From positions 1 through 29,414 of IMG/VR virus record IMGVR_UViG_3300030376_000069: a stretch of 29,414 nucleotides of DNA; one strand, 5' to 3'. The notes below the pieces were generated by a model. That model saw only the letters and a list, made by a program, of their open reading frames with translations. It was not told where the DNA came from and made no database searches. This DNA is from a virus (lineage: Duplodnaviria; Caudoviricetes). This document shows, piece after piece, positions 1 through 9,500 of this stretch (positions within the stretch are counted from its first letter, which is position 1; each line of letters opens with the position of its first letter). The translations under genes and the position numbers were made by a program.

Positions 1-468
1 CTTAAGCAGCTTAAACCTGCACGGTTTAACTTCATTGCTGATGCAGACACTACAGTCGATGGCTTCTTAGCACATGAAGTTCAGTCAGTTGTTCCAGAGG
101 CAATCTCAGGCACTAAAGATGAAGTAGATGCAGATGGTAATGCTCTTTTAGATGAGGATGGCAATCAAGTTGTTACCCGTGGTGTTAAATATAATCTTAA
201 ACAAGAAGTTAAAGCACAACAAGGTTCTTTACTAAGTCAAACTGATTGGGTTGTTGTTCGTAAAGCTGATAATGATACTGCAATACCAAGTAACATTGCA
301 ACATGGAGAGCAGCTATCAGAACTAAAGCTACAGAGATGGAAACAGCAATTGACAATGCAGCAGATACAGATGCAGTAGCTGCATTATTTTTAACTCATA
401 CACCTAACGATGATGGTAGTGTAACTAAATCGGGTATTCTTTATGATTGGCCGGTGTTAGGAGAGTAA
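1..468 (+). CDS. 5'-truncated tail-fibre-associated protein: peptidase S74 (intramolecular chaperone)-like segment joined to a tail-fibre assembly chaperone-like segment
   Basis: Frame 1 is open from nt 1 to TAA at 466-468: LKQLKPARFNFIADADTTVDGFLAHEVQSVVPEAISGTKDEVDADGN (S74-like), then ...QQGSLLSQTDWVVVRKAD...IPSNIATWRAAIRTKA...LYDWP (assembly chaperone-like). Not in the ORF track because it lacks a start. Confidence 0.8.
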   Translation, partial: LKQLKPARFNFIADADTTVDGFLAHEVQSVVPEAISGTKDEVDADGNALLDEDGNQVVTRGVKYNLKQEVKAQQGSLLSQTDWVVVRKADNDTAIPSNIATWRAAIRTKATEMETAIDNAADTDAVAALFLTHTPNDDGSVTKSGILYDWPVLGE

Positions 469-671
469 TGTATTATTTTTTTTCAATTATAGTTCTTTCA
501 ATGTTACCAACAGGAGAACCTATAATAGAGCAATCAGTTACTGGTCCATTCTTAGAAAGAAAACACTGTATTGCATACGAAAATTTAATAAAAGGCATAG
601 CACAACAAACACCTACATCTCATATATTAGAAGCTGAATGTAGAAAAGAAGCTAAAGGAAAGGCAGCATAA
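468..671 (+). CDS. small exported/membrane-anchored hypothetical protein with two Cys (67 aa)
   Basis: ATG at 468 overlaps the upstream stop (TAATG) and follows AGGAG. Hydrophobic N-terminus MYYFFSIIVLSML, F-x5-C motif, C-terminal Cys. Its stop overlaps the next ATG. Confidence 0.7.
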   Translation: MYYFFSIIVLSMLPTGEPIIEQSVTGPFLERKHCIAYENLIKGIAQQTPTSHILEAECRKEAKGKAA

Positions 672-1618
672 TGGCAAGTACATATACAACAAATCTCCGC
701 TTAACAAAGCAAGCAGATGGAGAGAACCCAAATAGTTGGGGAGCTATTCTCAATGATGGGGTTATCAGTCTTGTTGATGATGCCATTGCTGGGTACACTA
801 CTGTATCAATAGGCAGTGCTGCAACAGTTACTCTGACAGAAACTCAGGGATCAGGTGATCAGTCTCGCTCTGCTATTCTTGAGTTTAAGGGAACTGTTGG
901 TGGCGCACATGATACAATTAATATTCTTATTCCTAATAACTCAAAAACATATGTTGTAAAAAACTCTGTCTCTTATAATGATAGCACTGATGCTATTGTT
1001 CTGAAGGTAGCTGGTAATACTGGTGTAACTATTACTGGTGATTCCACAGCAATGTATGTTACGAATGGAACTACTGTTCTTCCTGTAGCGCAGACTACCT
1101 TTACTAATATTACAGCTACTGGTAATCTTGATGTAAAGGGTAATGCAAGTGTCAGTGGTGCAGTAAGAGTTGGAGGTACTCTCACAGTAGCAGGAGCCGT
1201 AAGTCTTGCATCTACTCTAAGTGTTGGTGGCGCTGCATACTTTGGCAGCACAGTCACTGTCTCTGGTAAGGGTAAGTTTATGACAGGTGCCTTTGCTCCT
1301 ATTGTTACTCTGGCAGATGCAACTTCTGTAGTTCCTGATCTTAATACCAGTAATGTATTTGCTGTGACTTTGGCAGGTAACAGAACTCTTGCTGCTCCTA
1401 CTAATACTTCTACTAATATTGGAGCATCTGGTCATATCTTTATTATTCAAGATAGTACTGGAGATCGTACACTTAGTTATAATACAGTCTATCAGTTTCC
1501 AAATGGAGGAGGAGTACCAACACTGACAACTGCTGCTTCTGGTGTGGATGTATTATTCTATGCAGTAAGAACTACTACCAAAGTTGATTCAATACTTATA
1601 AAGAACTTTACACGATAA
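671..1618 (+). CDS. tail fibre/tail spike-like virion protein
   Basis: N-terminus MASTYTTNLRLTKQADGENPNSWGAILN is typical of marine podophage tail proteins. Thr/Gly/Val-rich, with 6-residue GxLxVx beta-helix repeats and a C-terminal ...IIQDSTGDRTLSY...PTLTTAASGVDVL fibre-tip-like domain. Confidence 0.75.
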   Translation: MASTYTTNLRLTKQADGENPNSWGAILNDGVISLVDDAIAGYTTVSIGSAATVTLTETQGSGDQSRSAILEFKGTVGGAHDTINILIPNNSKTYVVKNSVSYNDSTDAIVLKVAGNTGVTITGDSTAMYVTNGTTVLPVAQTTFTNITATGNLDVKGNASVSGAVRVGGTLTVAGAVSLASTLSVGGAAYFGSTVTVSGKGKFMTGAFAPIVTLADATSVVPDLNTSNVFAVTLAGNRTLAAPTNTSTNIGASGHIFIIQDSTGDRTLSYNTVYQFPNGGGVPTLTTAASGVDVLFYAVRTTTKVDSILIKNFTR

Positions 1619-3459
1619 TGGCAACTAGACTAGCAAAGTTTGAATTTCAGCAAGGCTTCCATAGAGAAACTACGGCCTATGCTGAAGGCCAGCGTTGGTT
1701 CGATGGCAACTATGTACGCTTCCGTGCTGGTCGTCCAGAGAACATGCGTGGCTATGAAACAAGAGCTTCAGGAGCAACCTTTGATGGTTCAGCCAGAGAC
1801 TTGCTTACATGGTCAGACTCTGATAGCAAGAAGAGAGCAATCTTTGGCACACCTGATAAACTGTATGTTAATGAAGGTGATGTAATATACGATATTACTC
1901 CAATAACAACAGCAGTTACTCTTGCTAATGTTTTTGGTACATCTTCTGGAAGTACAAGAGTTTGTTGTTCTGATGCTGCACATGGCAGGGCTGTAGGTGA
2001 TTATGTATTGTTTACATCTTCGGCAGCTTTTAATGCTGTAAGTTTACAGGGTAACACATATCAAGTTGTTTCTGTAGAGAGTGCTAATGTATTTACCATA
2101 TCAGTTACCGATGCTGCTAATGCAACAGGTAGTGATGCAGGATCAGCAACCTTTAACTATTATATACCAACTGGTAACTCTATAGCTGCTGCTGGTCTGG
2201 GATATGGTGCTGCTAGATATCAAGCAACAGTATGTGCATCACAGACAAGAGCTTGGAATCAACCTGCCTCTGCTGGATCATCTGGTATTGTGTTTGATAT
2301 TACTCAGTGGAGTTTAGATAACTGGGGTGAGGATGTTGTAGCTAACCGTAAGGGAAGTAATATATTCTACTTTGATAGTGATGCTTCCGTACTACCAACA
2401 AGAGCTACCTCTGTTACTACTTCTCCTATTAACTCTAACTCTATTATTGTATCACCAAATGATAGACATTTAGTTTGTCTTGGAACAAATGAGTTTGCTG
2501 TTGATGCTACAGTAAGTGGAACATTTAATCCAATGCTGGTGCGTTGGTCAGACCAAGATGATAGAAGCAACTGGGTTCCCTCAGTAAGCTCTACTGCTGG
2601 TGAGGTTGTTCTTACAGATGGTACAGAGATTATTGGTGCTGTTCGTTCTAAAAATGCTATTAATATCTGGACTGATAATTCACTATGGTTAATGGAGTTT
2701 GCAGGTCCACCATTTACATTTAGATTTACACAAGCCGGTACAAACTGTGGAATGGTAGGACCACATGCAGGTATTGACTTTGGTGGTATTACATACTGGA
2801 TGGGATATGATAACTTTCATAGGTTTACTGGTCAGGTAGAAGATATAACATGTACTGTTCGTAGATTTATCTTTGATGATATAAATAGAAACTATTATGA
2901 TAAAGTATTTGCGGGATTAAATTCAGAGTTTAATGAAATTATTTGGCTTTATGCTTCTGGCACTAATACTGAATGTGATAAATATGTAATATATAATCCA
3001 GTAGATGACTACTGGGTTTATGGTGAAATGATCTTTACAACATTTGCGGATAAGGAAGTCTTTGGAAATACAATTACAACAGGTGTTACTGCTGCTGGTA
3101 ATAATATATATAACAATGAACCTGTATCTGTCTTCACAGGCAGTGGTGAAACGTTATCATCTTTTGTTGAGTCTGGTGACTTTGACATTGATGATGGTAA
3201 CGCTATCATGTTTATGAATAGAATTATTCCTGACTATGATTTGTCTGGCGGTAAAATTAAAATGAAGTTTACAACCAAGCAGTATCCTGAAAGCACTGAA
3301 TCAGTAACAAAAGAATTTGATATTACAAATACAACAGAGAAAGTAAACTTTAGAAGTAGAGGAAGGCAAGCGAAGGTACGGGTATCTTGTGACTCAAATA
3401 ATGCAAGCTGGCGATGGGGATCAATCAGACTTGGCATACAGGGTGATGGGGGAAGATAA
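1618..3459 (+). CDS. tail nozzle / DNA stabilization protein (P22 gp10 / tail tubular B-like beta-propeller)
   Basis: 613 aa, beta-rich. Has G..RE.T.Y.....WFDG..VRFR.G.PE at the N-terminus, WSLDNWGE and PMLVRWSDQ motifs. Lies just before the internal virion genes. Confidence 0.7.
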   Translation: MATRLAKFEFQQGFHRETTAYAEGQRWFDGNYVRFRAGRPENMRGYETRASGATFDGSARDLLTWSDSDSKKRAIFGTPDKLYVNEGDVIYDITPITTAVTLANVFGTSSGSTRVCCSDAAHGRAVGDYVLFTSSAAFNAVSLQGNTYQVVSVESANVFTISVTDAANATGSDAGSATFNYYIPTGNSIAAAGLGYGAARYQATVCASQTRAWNQPASAGSSGIVFDITQWSLDNWGEDVVANRKGSNIFYFDSDASVLPTRATSVTTSPINSNSIIVSPNDRHLVCLGTNEFAVDATVSGTFNPMLVRWSDQDDRSNWVPSVSSTAGEVVLTDGTEIIGAVRSKNAINIWTDNSLWLMEFAGPPFTFRFTQAGTNCGMVGPHAGIDFGGITYWMGYDNFHRFTGQVEDITCTVRRFIFDDINRNYYDKVFAGLNSEFNEIIWLYASGTNTECDKYVIYNPVDDYWVYGEMIFTTFADKEVFGNTITTGVTAAGNNIYNNEPVSVFTGSGETLSSFVESGDFDIDDGNAIMFMNRIIPDYDLSGGKIKMKFTTKQYPESTESVTKEFDITNTTEKVNFRSRGRQAKVRVSCDSNNASWRWGSIRLGIQGDGGR

Positions 3460-3734
3460 TGGCAAGATACCCAACCCTTCCACAGAATATGTCTACAGAT
3501 GACATTAGGCGTATGTACGGTGAAATACAACGATGGGGATCAATACTAATTAATGAGCTTAATAATAGAGATACAGTAATAGAAAGTACTCCAGCAAGTA
3601 ATATATATCGTGTAGTAACTGTTACAAGTATTGGAAGACCACAAAAAGGAGACATTGCATACTCGGCAAGCACAGGGAAGTTTAAGGGGTATGTAAGTCT
3701 AGGATCAGAAACATCTTGGCAGGACTTAAACTAA
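3459..3734 (+). CDS. small virion protein (possible tail needle/plug by position)
   Basis: TAATG-coupled at both ends. Helical N-half, then a GDIAYSASTGKFKGY...W module common in phage tail proteins. Function inferred from synteny only. Confidence 0.6.
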   Translation: MARYPTLPQNMSTDDIRRMYGEIQRWGSILINELNNRDTVIESTPASNIYRVVTVTSIGRPQKGDIAYSASTGKFKGYVSLGSETSWQDLN

Positions 3735-3940
3735 TGAAAACATTTTCAGAACATTTTCAATTAATTAATAATAGTACTTTGTATGGTAACTATAATACTG
3801 GACAAGCTATTGATCCTTTTCATCGTAGAATTGATGAGAAGCGAGAACAGTTTGCGAAAACTGCTAAGATAGGGTATAATAGTAGTAATGAATTACTTGA
3901 TAATAATACTCCTCAGTTTACCTATGGAAGGTTAAAGTAA
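3734..3940 (+). CDS. hypothetical protein (68 aa)
   Basis: ATG at 3734 overlaps the previous stop and its TAA overlaps the next ATG (TAATG at both ends). Confidence 0.6.
   Translation: MKTFSEHFQLINNSTLYGNYNTGQAIDPFHRRIDEKREQFAKTAKIGYNSSNELLDNNTPQFTYGRLK
3852..3880 (+). promoter_or_regulatory. putative sigma70-type promoter upstream of the internal virion protein genes
   Basis: TTGCGA (3852-3857), 17-nt spacer, TATAAT (3875-3880), about 60 nt before ATG 3940. Confidence 0.5.
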
Positions 3941-4656
3941 TGGCTCCTACTCCCCCAAGACAAATGATGCCGCCTCCCAGAACACCTGTAGTGGGTAACT
4001 CTCTACAACAGCTTGCTGCTATGAGAGCTAACAGAGGTCAAGTTCCTGCGTTGGGTAATGTTAGACCAATGCAAGCTTCTGCTGCACCACGGCCACCTAT
4101 AATGCAAATGGGGGACGATGCTAGTGAGGTAATAAAAGAAGGAGCATTTAATGCTGCTTTTGAAACTCTTGCAAAGAAAGCAGGGGTTAATATTATTGAG
4201 GGTGTCCAAGATGTAATGGGAGTGAAGCGTCAGCAAGAGCAACAACAGCAAATTGCAAGTCTACAAGAAGCAGCTATGAAAAATGCAGCAATGCAGAGGC
4301 TTATAACTGCAAGTAGTGATCGAACAGTTGCAATGGAAAGTGGTGGTCTTATAGCTCTAGCAGAGGGTGGTGAGTTCTCTGGTAGAGTTCCCGGCGATGG
4401 ACACGGTATGGAAGACAATGTTCGTATGCCAATTAAAGAAGGTGAAAAACAAGTAGCTACACTTGCTGTAAGTCCTAGCGAGTATGTAGTAGATAGTTAT
4501 ACAATGGCAGCACTGGGTAACGGTAATGCAGATGAGGGTGCAGATGTCATGGATGAAACAATTAAACAAGTTAGAAAGAAAGCATATGGTTCTGAGAAGC
4601 AGCCAAATGAAATTGACGGACTTGCTGCACTCAAACCATTAATAGAAAGGGTTTAA
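3940..4656 (+). CDS. internal virion / DNA ejection protein
   Basis: Low-complexity P/Q/A/M-rich N-half. The C-terminal GGLIALAEGG...VPGDGHGMEDNV...SPSEYVV...LGNGNADEGA block is characteristic of marine podophage internal proteins. Confidence 0.65.
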   Translation: MAPTPPRQMMPPPRTPVVGNSLQQLAAMRANRGQVPALGNVRPMQASAAPRPPIMQMGDDASEVIKEGAFNAAFETLAKKAGVNIIEGVQDVMGVKRQQEQQQQIASLQEAAMKNAAMQRLITASSDRTVAMESGGLIALAEGGEFSGRVPGDGHGMEDNVRMPIKEGEKQVATLAVSPSEYVVDSYTMAALGNGNADEGADVMDETIKQVRKKAYGSEKQPNEIDGLAALKPLIERV

Positions 4657-4659
4657 GAT

Positions 4660-6507
4660 ATGGGTTTCTTATCTTCATTATTTGGCAGTAGTAAGTCACA
4701 ACCATCAACATCGACAGTTATTCAGAGTCAACAGCTTCCTCCTGAAATTGCTCCTGCTGTTAAAAAAGTTGTTGATGAAGCAGAGGCTATCTATGATGCT
4801 GAAAAAGCAGCAGGGTATATTCCTTATGAAGGAGCTACTCTAGCGCCATTTACTGCTGAAGAAGAAGCAGCACAGGCAGGTTTAGCAGGTCTGGTAGGAA
4901 CACAACAGCCTTTCATAGATGAGTCTCTGGGGCTTACCAGAGCGCAGACACAGGCATTTACTCCTGAAATTGCTCAACAGTTTATGTCTCCCTATCAACG
5001 TGCTGTAACAGATATTGAGAAGCGAGAGGCGCAGAGAGTATTTGAACGTGATGTACAGCCATCCTTGGAGGCGAAAGCTATTCAACAGGGTGGTGGGATG
5101 TCTGGTCTTGGAACAAGGGCTGCATTAGAGGCTTCAGAAGCTCAGAGAGAACAGGGTAGGCTTCTTGCAGATATTGAAGCTAGAGGATTACAGAGTGCCT
5201 TTCAAGATGCACGATCAGCTTTTGAACAGCAGAAAGCAAGAGAAGCTAATGCAGCAGCAGCTATTGGCAGGGCCGGTGCAGAGACATTTAAATCTGGTCT
5301 GGCAGAGCAGGGTGTTCTACAGACTGTTGGAGAAGAGAAACGTGATCTTGCTCAGTCTGCACTTGATGAAGAATACTTTAAGTTTTTGGAAGAGCGAGAG
5401 TTTCCGCAACAAAGACTTTCTGAGTACTCCGGTTTTGTATATGGTAATCCTCTTAATCGTATACCAACTCAATCAACTAATACAACTGGCACACCCTTCC
5501 AACCTAGCTTTGGTAGACAACTTCTTGGCATTGGCTCTACTCTTGGCAGTGCCTTTCTTGGCAGTCCTACGGGCTCTAATATATTTGCTAAAGGAGTATC
5601 AAAAATATTTGGTAAAACTGGTGGTGGTCTTTCTGATCTTATTAAACGTAAGGGAGGAGGAGGCTTTCCTGATATGAGTGGTGATGGTAAGGTAACTCAG
5701 AAAGACATACTGATGGGCCGTGGTGTTATTGCTCGTAAAGTTGGTGGTGATCTAGATGTAGATGAGGCAGAGCCTACGTCATTAGAAGGATTAAGATCAC
5801 TTCGTCCAGTAGAGGCAGAACTTGTTGAGCGTCAACAGCTAGGTGCTTTACAAAATGAGTTTGCTAAGTTTGGTGTGAGAAGTCCAGAAGATATAAAAAG
5901 AATAGCACAAGAAAGGGCGCAAAAAAGACTTGATGCTGTGTCTACAGATAGTATTCCTTTTTCTGCACAAGCAGCCTCTGATTTTCTTGCAGCACTTGGT
6001 AGGGCTGCTGTAAGAGAAGAGGGCAATGTAGGTGCTGCGTTTGCAGAAGAAACTGAAAAGACTAAAAAGAAACAAGTTGAAACTAAAAAACTAACTAAGA
6101 AGCAAGAGCTTGCTAATCTAGAAGCAGAGTTTGCTGCGGAAGATAAAGCTTATGCTGTACCTGCTACACTAGCTAAGAAAAGAAGCGATATCTTGCAGTC
6201 TAATTTATCAACGAGAAAAAAGATTCTTGAACTTAAAAAGTTAAAAGAAGAAATTAGAAAATCAAGACAGGGTGATTTAGGAAAGTTTAACCCTCTAGTT
6301 GAGCAAGATAAACGAGAACAAACTGTTAAAGATGATATAGAAGAAGTTATTAAGCTTTCTGGAAATGAAAGTTTAATGACTTTATTTAAAGGTTTAGACA
6401 CAGAAACAAAAAATCTTATAGCTCGTTTAGTTGTTGAAGAAAGGGGTAGAAAAACTCCATATCAAAAAGCAATAGTAAAAGTTTTAAAAGAACAACTTGC
6501 TAAATAA
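4660..6507 (+). CDS. internal virion / DNA transfer (pilot) protein
   Basis: MGFLSSLFG start, Q/A/G-rich helical body with QFMSPYQ, a Gly-rich amphipathic segment, the FPDMSGDGKVTQKDILMGRGV motif and a charged coiled-coil C-terminus. Confidence 0.7.
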   Translation: MGFLSSLFGSSKSQPSTSTVIQSQQLPPEIAPAVKKVVDEAEAIYDAEKAAGYIPYEGATLAPFTAEEEAAQAGLAGLVGTQQPFIDESLGLTRAQTQAFTPEIAQQFMSPYQRAVTDIEKREAQRVFERDVQPSLEAKAIQQGGGMSGLGTRAALEASEAQREQGRLLADIEARGLQSAFQDARSAFEQQKAREANAAAAIGRAGAETFKSGLAEQGVLQTVGEEKRDLAQSALDEEYFKFLEEREFPQQRLSEYSGFVYGNPLNRIPTQSTNTTGTPFQPSFGRQLLGIGSTLGSAFLGSPTGSNIFAKGVSKIFGKTGGGLSDLIKRKGGGGFPDMSGDGKVTQKDILMGRGVIARKVGGDLDVDEAEPTSLEGLRSLRPVEAELVERQQLGALQNEFAKFGVRSPEDIKRIAQERAQKRLDAVSTDSIPFSAQAASDFLAALGRAAVREEGNVGAAFAEETEKTKKKQVETKKLTKKQELANLEAEFAAEDKAYAVPATLAKKRSDILQSNLSTRKKILELKKLKEEIRKSRQGDLGKFNPLVEQDKREQTVKDDIEEVIKLSGNESLMTLFKGLDTETKNLIARLVVEERGRKTPYQKAIVKVLKEQLAK

Positions 6508-6512
6508 TTTAA

Positions 6513-9500
6513 ATGGTAGATAATTCTATATTAAATGCTGCGGCTGAAGAGCTAAGTTCTTTACCCGTAGAATACTCAGGACTAAGTGATCGTCTATTAA
6601 ATTTAGATGATGTGGCTAAAGAATTAAGTTCTTTAGATGTATCTCCTGTATCTCAAGAAGATAATTCTTTAGATGAATTAAAAAATATAACTTTAAATAA
6701 AGATGACTACAAAAAGTTTGGATTTGATGTTAACTCAACATCTCATAAGTGGGATTTAGCTACTGATGATGCTGGTAAAGAATTTTATAGCACTCTAGCT
6801 ATGATTGCTGAGACTGTTGGTGCAGATGAAACGGCAAAAGATTTTAGAAATACCTCTGAAGAATTTAGAAAGACTAGAGAGGCTAAACCAAATCCTGATA
6901 TCAGTATGTCAATTACTGAAGAGTCCTCTAAAATATATGATAGATTTTCTAAGGGTGAAATACTAGGTGCAATAGGCGACACCGCTGAATTTGTTCACTC
7001 TGCTTTGGTAGGTGCTGCACCATCTCTAATTGCTACAGGCGCTGCTGTTGGTGGTGGAGTTGTTGCTGCCCCTGTGCTTACGGCTGTAGGTGTTCCTACT
7101 ATGCTTACAGTTTCTGTTCTTGGGCTAACTCCCGGTCTTCTCTTATCAGCGGGTTCTATTCATGATGAAGCTATAAAATATGGAGCATCTAAAGAAGAAG
7201 CTCAAGCTGTTGGCTTGGGTGCTGGTACTGCTATTGGTTTGTTGGATAGAGTTGGTTTTGGCTTTTTAATTAGCGGTCTTACTAAAAAGTTAGGTAAAGA
7301 CCTTACAGTAAAAACAATTAAAGATCAAACTAATTTACCTGAAAAAACAATTAAAGAAGCTGTAGAAACTGCTGAAGATATAGCTAAGAAGGGTGTAGTT
7401 AAAGAAGCTGTTAAGGGTGCTGGTAAGGGTGCTTTAGGTGAGGGTGTAACTGAAGGAACCCAAGCAGTTGTTCAGGATATATCTCCTGCGCTTGTATCTG
7501 ATAAAGAAATTAAGGGTGCAGAGCTTCTTAAAAATGTTATTGATAGTGCGGCTGTTGGTGGTATAGCTGGTGGTACACTAAGAGGAACACTAAGTGGTGC
7601 CTCTGTTGGTGTATCCAGACAGGCCAATCGACAGATACAAGAAGATGAAGAGGTTATAGATAAACTTGTAGAGGCTATTCCTGAAAATGTTCAGAGTCTA
7701 GAGAGGTTTGATCCTAATAAACCTTTCATATTAAATGAGGATGGTACTCCAACAAACACTATTCCACGAAGTAAAACTCAGGGGCTATCTGAAACTGAAA
7801 GAAAAATTCTTGATGAGCGTGAAGCTATTGAAAGTCGAGATAAAATTATAGACCTTCCACGAACTGCTTTAACGGCTGGCCGTGAGGTTGAAACTGTTTA
7901 TGATTTTGATAATGACATTGAAGTTTTAAGCAGAGAAAGAGAACAGCTTGTTAGGAAACAAAAACAACAGGGTGATAAGTTTTCTAAAGATGATAAGAAA
8001 AGACTTGATGAGGTAACTGTAAGCCTGAGAAACAGAAAGGGCGGAACAAGTAATAATCTTCTTTTAAATTTGGTTGCTAGATCAACAGCACCCTTACAAC
8101 GATTAGCTAATACAAGTCCTGTTGCTAAAAGAATGGTACAAGATTTAACAAACTTTTTTGTTGAGTCTAATCAAGAGATTGGAAGTCTTTATAAAACAAA
8201 AGAACTTATTAACGATAGAATAAGAAAAAATTTTAAATTACCATTTCAATCTTCTATACCTAAAAAAATAAAAACTGAAGTAGCCAACCAACTTAATTAT
8301 AGAGATTATAATTCTACTAATCCTGAAGTTGTAGAAGTTGCTAGGCAAATACGTGAAGAAATTTTAGACCCTCTTTATGTTAGGCTGCAAGCATCTGGTG
8401 TTGATATAGGTAGAGTTGATGAGTATCTTACTCGTATCTTTAAGCTTCGTCCAAAAGGTCTTGGAAGAAAAAAAGATATAAATAAATTTGTTGAAATTTT
8501 AAATCGTAATGGTTTAAACGGTAACAGCATCATGGATAATATACTTGAAAATGATGGGGTGTATAATCCTGAAGGTGATATTAATATTTTTGTTCCTAAT
8601 ACTACAAATACTTCTGTGAGTTCTACTAGAATTGATCCTGAAAATCCTAGAAAACTACCTGATGAAGTTATTAAAGAGTTGCAAGATGCTAAACTTCTTG
8701 AAACAGACTTTGATAAAATTGTAAATAAATATATTGTTAGTGCTGTTCGTAGAGCAAAGCTAAAAAAATATGCTGATACTTATAATCCTATAATAAACCA
8801 ACTGGTTAAAGACAGGGTTATGGAAGTTGACGAAGCTTTGCGTATAAAAAATATTGTTGATGCTCTACAACATAGATATAAACCAATTAAAAGTAGAGGG
8901 CTTAGAACTTTTCTAAGATTTGCAAATACTGGAACATATATTGCAACGCTACCCTTTGCAGCTATTACAGCTTTATCAGAACCGTTTATTGTTCTTAGTC
9001 GTGTTAGTCCGAAGAATGCTTTAATGGGTGCGATGGCTGCTGCTGAATCTACACTAAGACAGGGAGTAAGAACTTTCTCTCCTAAATTTAAAAGAAGTCA
9101 GAATGAAGAAGCCTTGATGTCGTTAATGCAGACTGCTGATCTAGCTTTGGCAGACGCTATTCGTGATATTGGAGATATATCTGTTAGTAAAAGAGCAACA
9201 GATACTTTCTTTAGAGTTAACCTTCTAGCACAGGTAACGCAATTTAGTCGTAATGTAGCTCTTCAAGCAGCATCAAGACAGATAGCACAAGACCTAAAAA
9301 CTTTACATAATCAAGAAGTTGAAGGTGGTAAGGTAACTCAAGAATCAAGACGTGCTAGAAAAAGATTAGAGATCGGAGGTCTTCTTAGCGTTGTACCTAG
9401 AGTAAATAAAAAAACAGGAGAGTTTAATCCTTTAACACCATCTCAAAGAGAGGCTATGGAGTGGGCAGATCAGTATAGTGGTGCAAAAAAATATGGTGTA

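Noticed and set aside
1120-1270. Tandem DNA repeat or diversity-generating repeat in the tail fibre
   Set aside because: The periodicity is only at the protein level (6-residue beta-helix). No nucleotide repeat pair or reverse transcriptase was seen.
5165-5677. 170-aa alternative-frame ORF inside the DNA transfer gene
   Set aside because: TTG start without RBS, and Leu/Gln-rich composition typical of an off-frame read of a biased gene.
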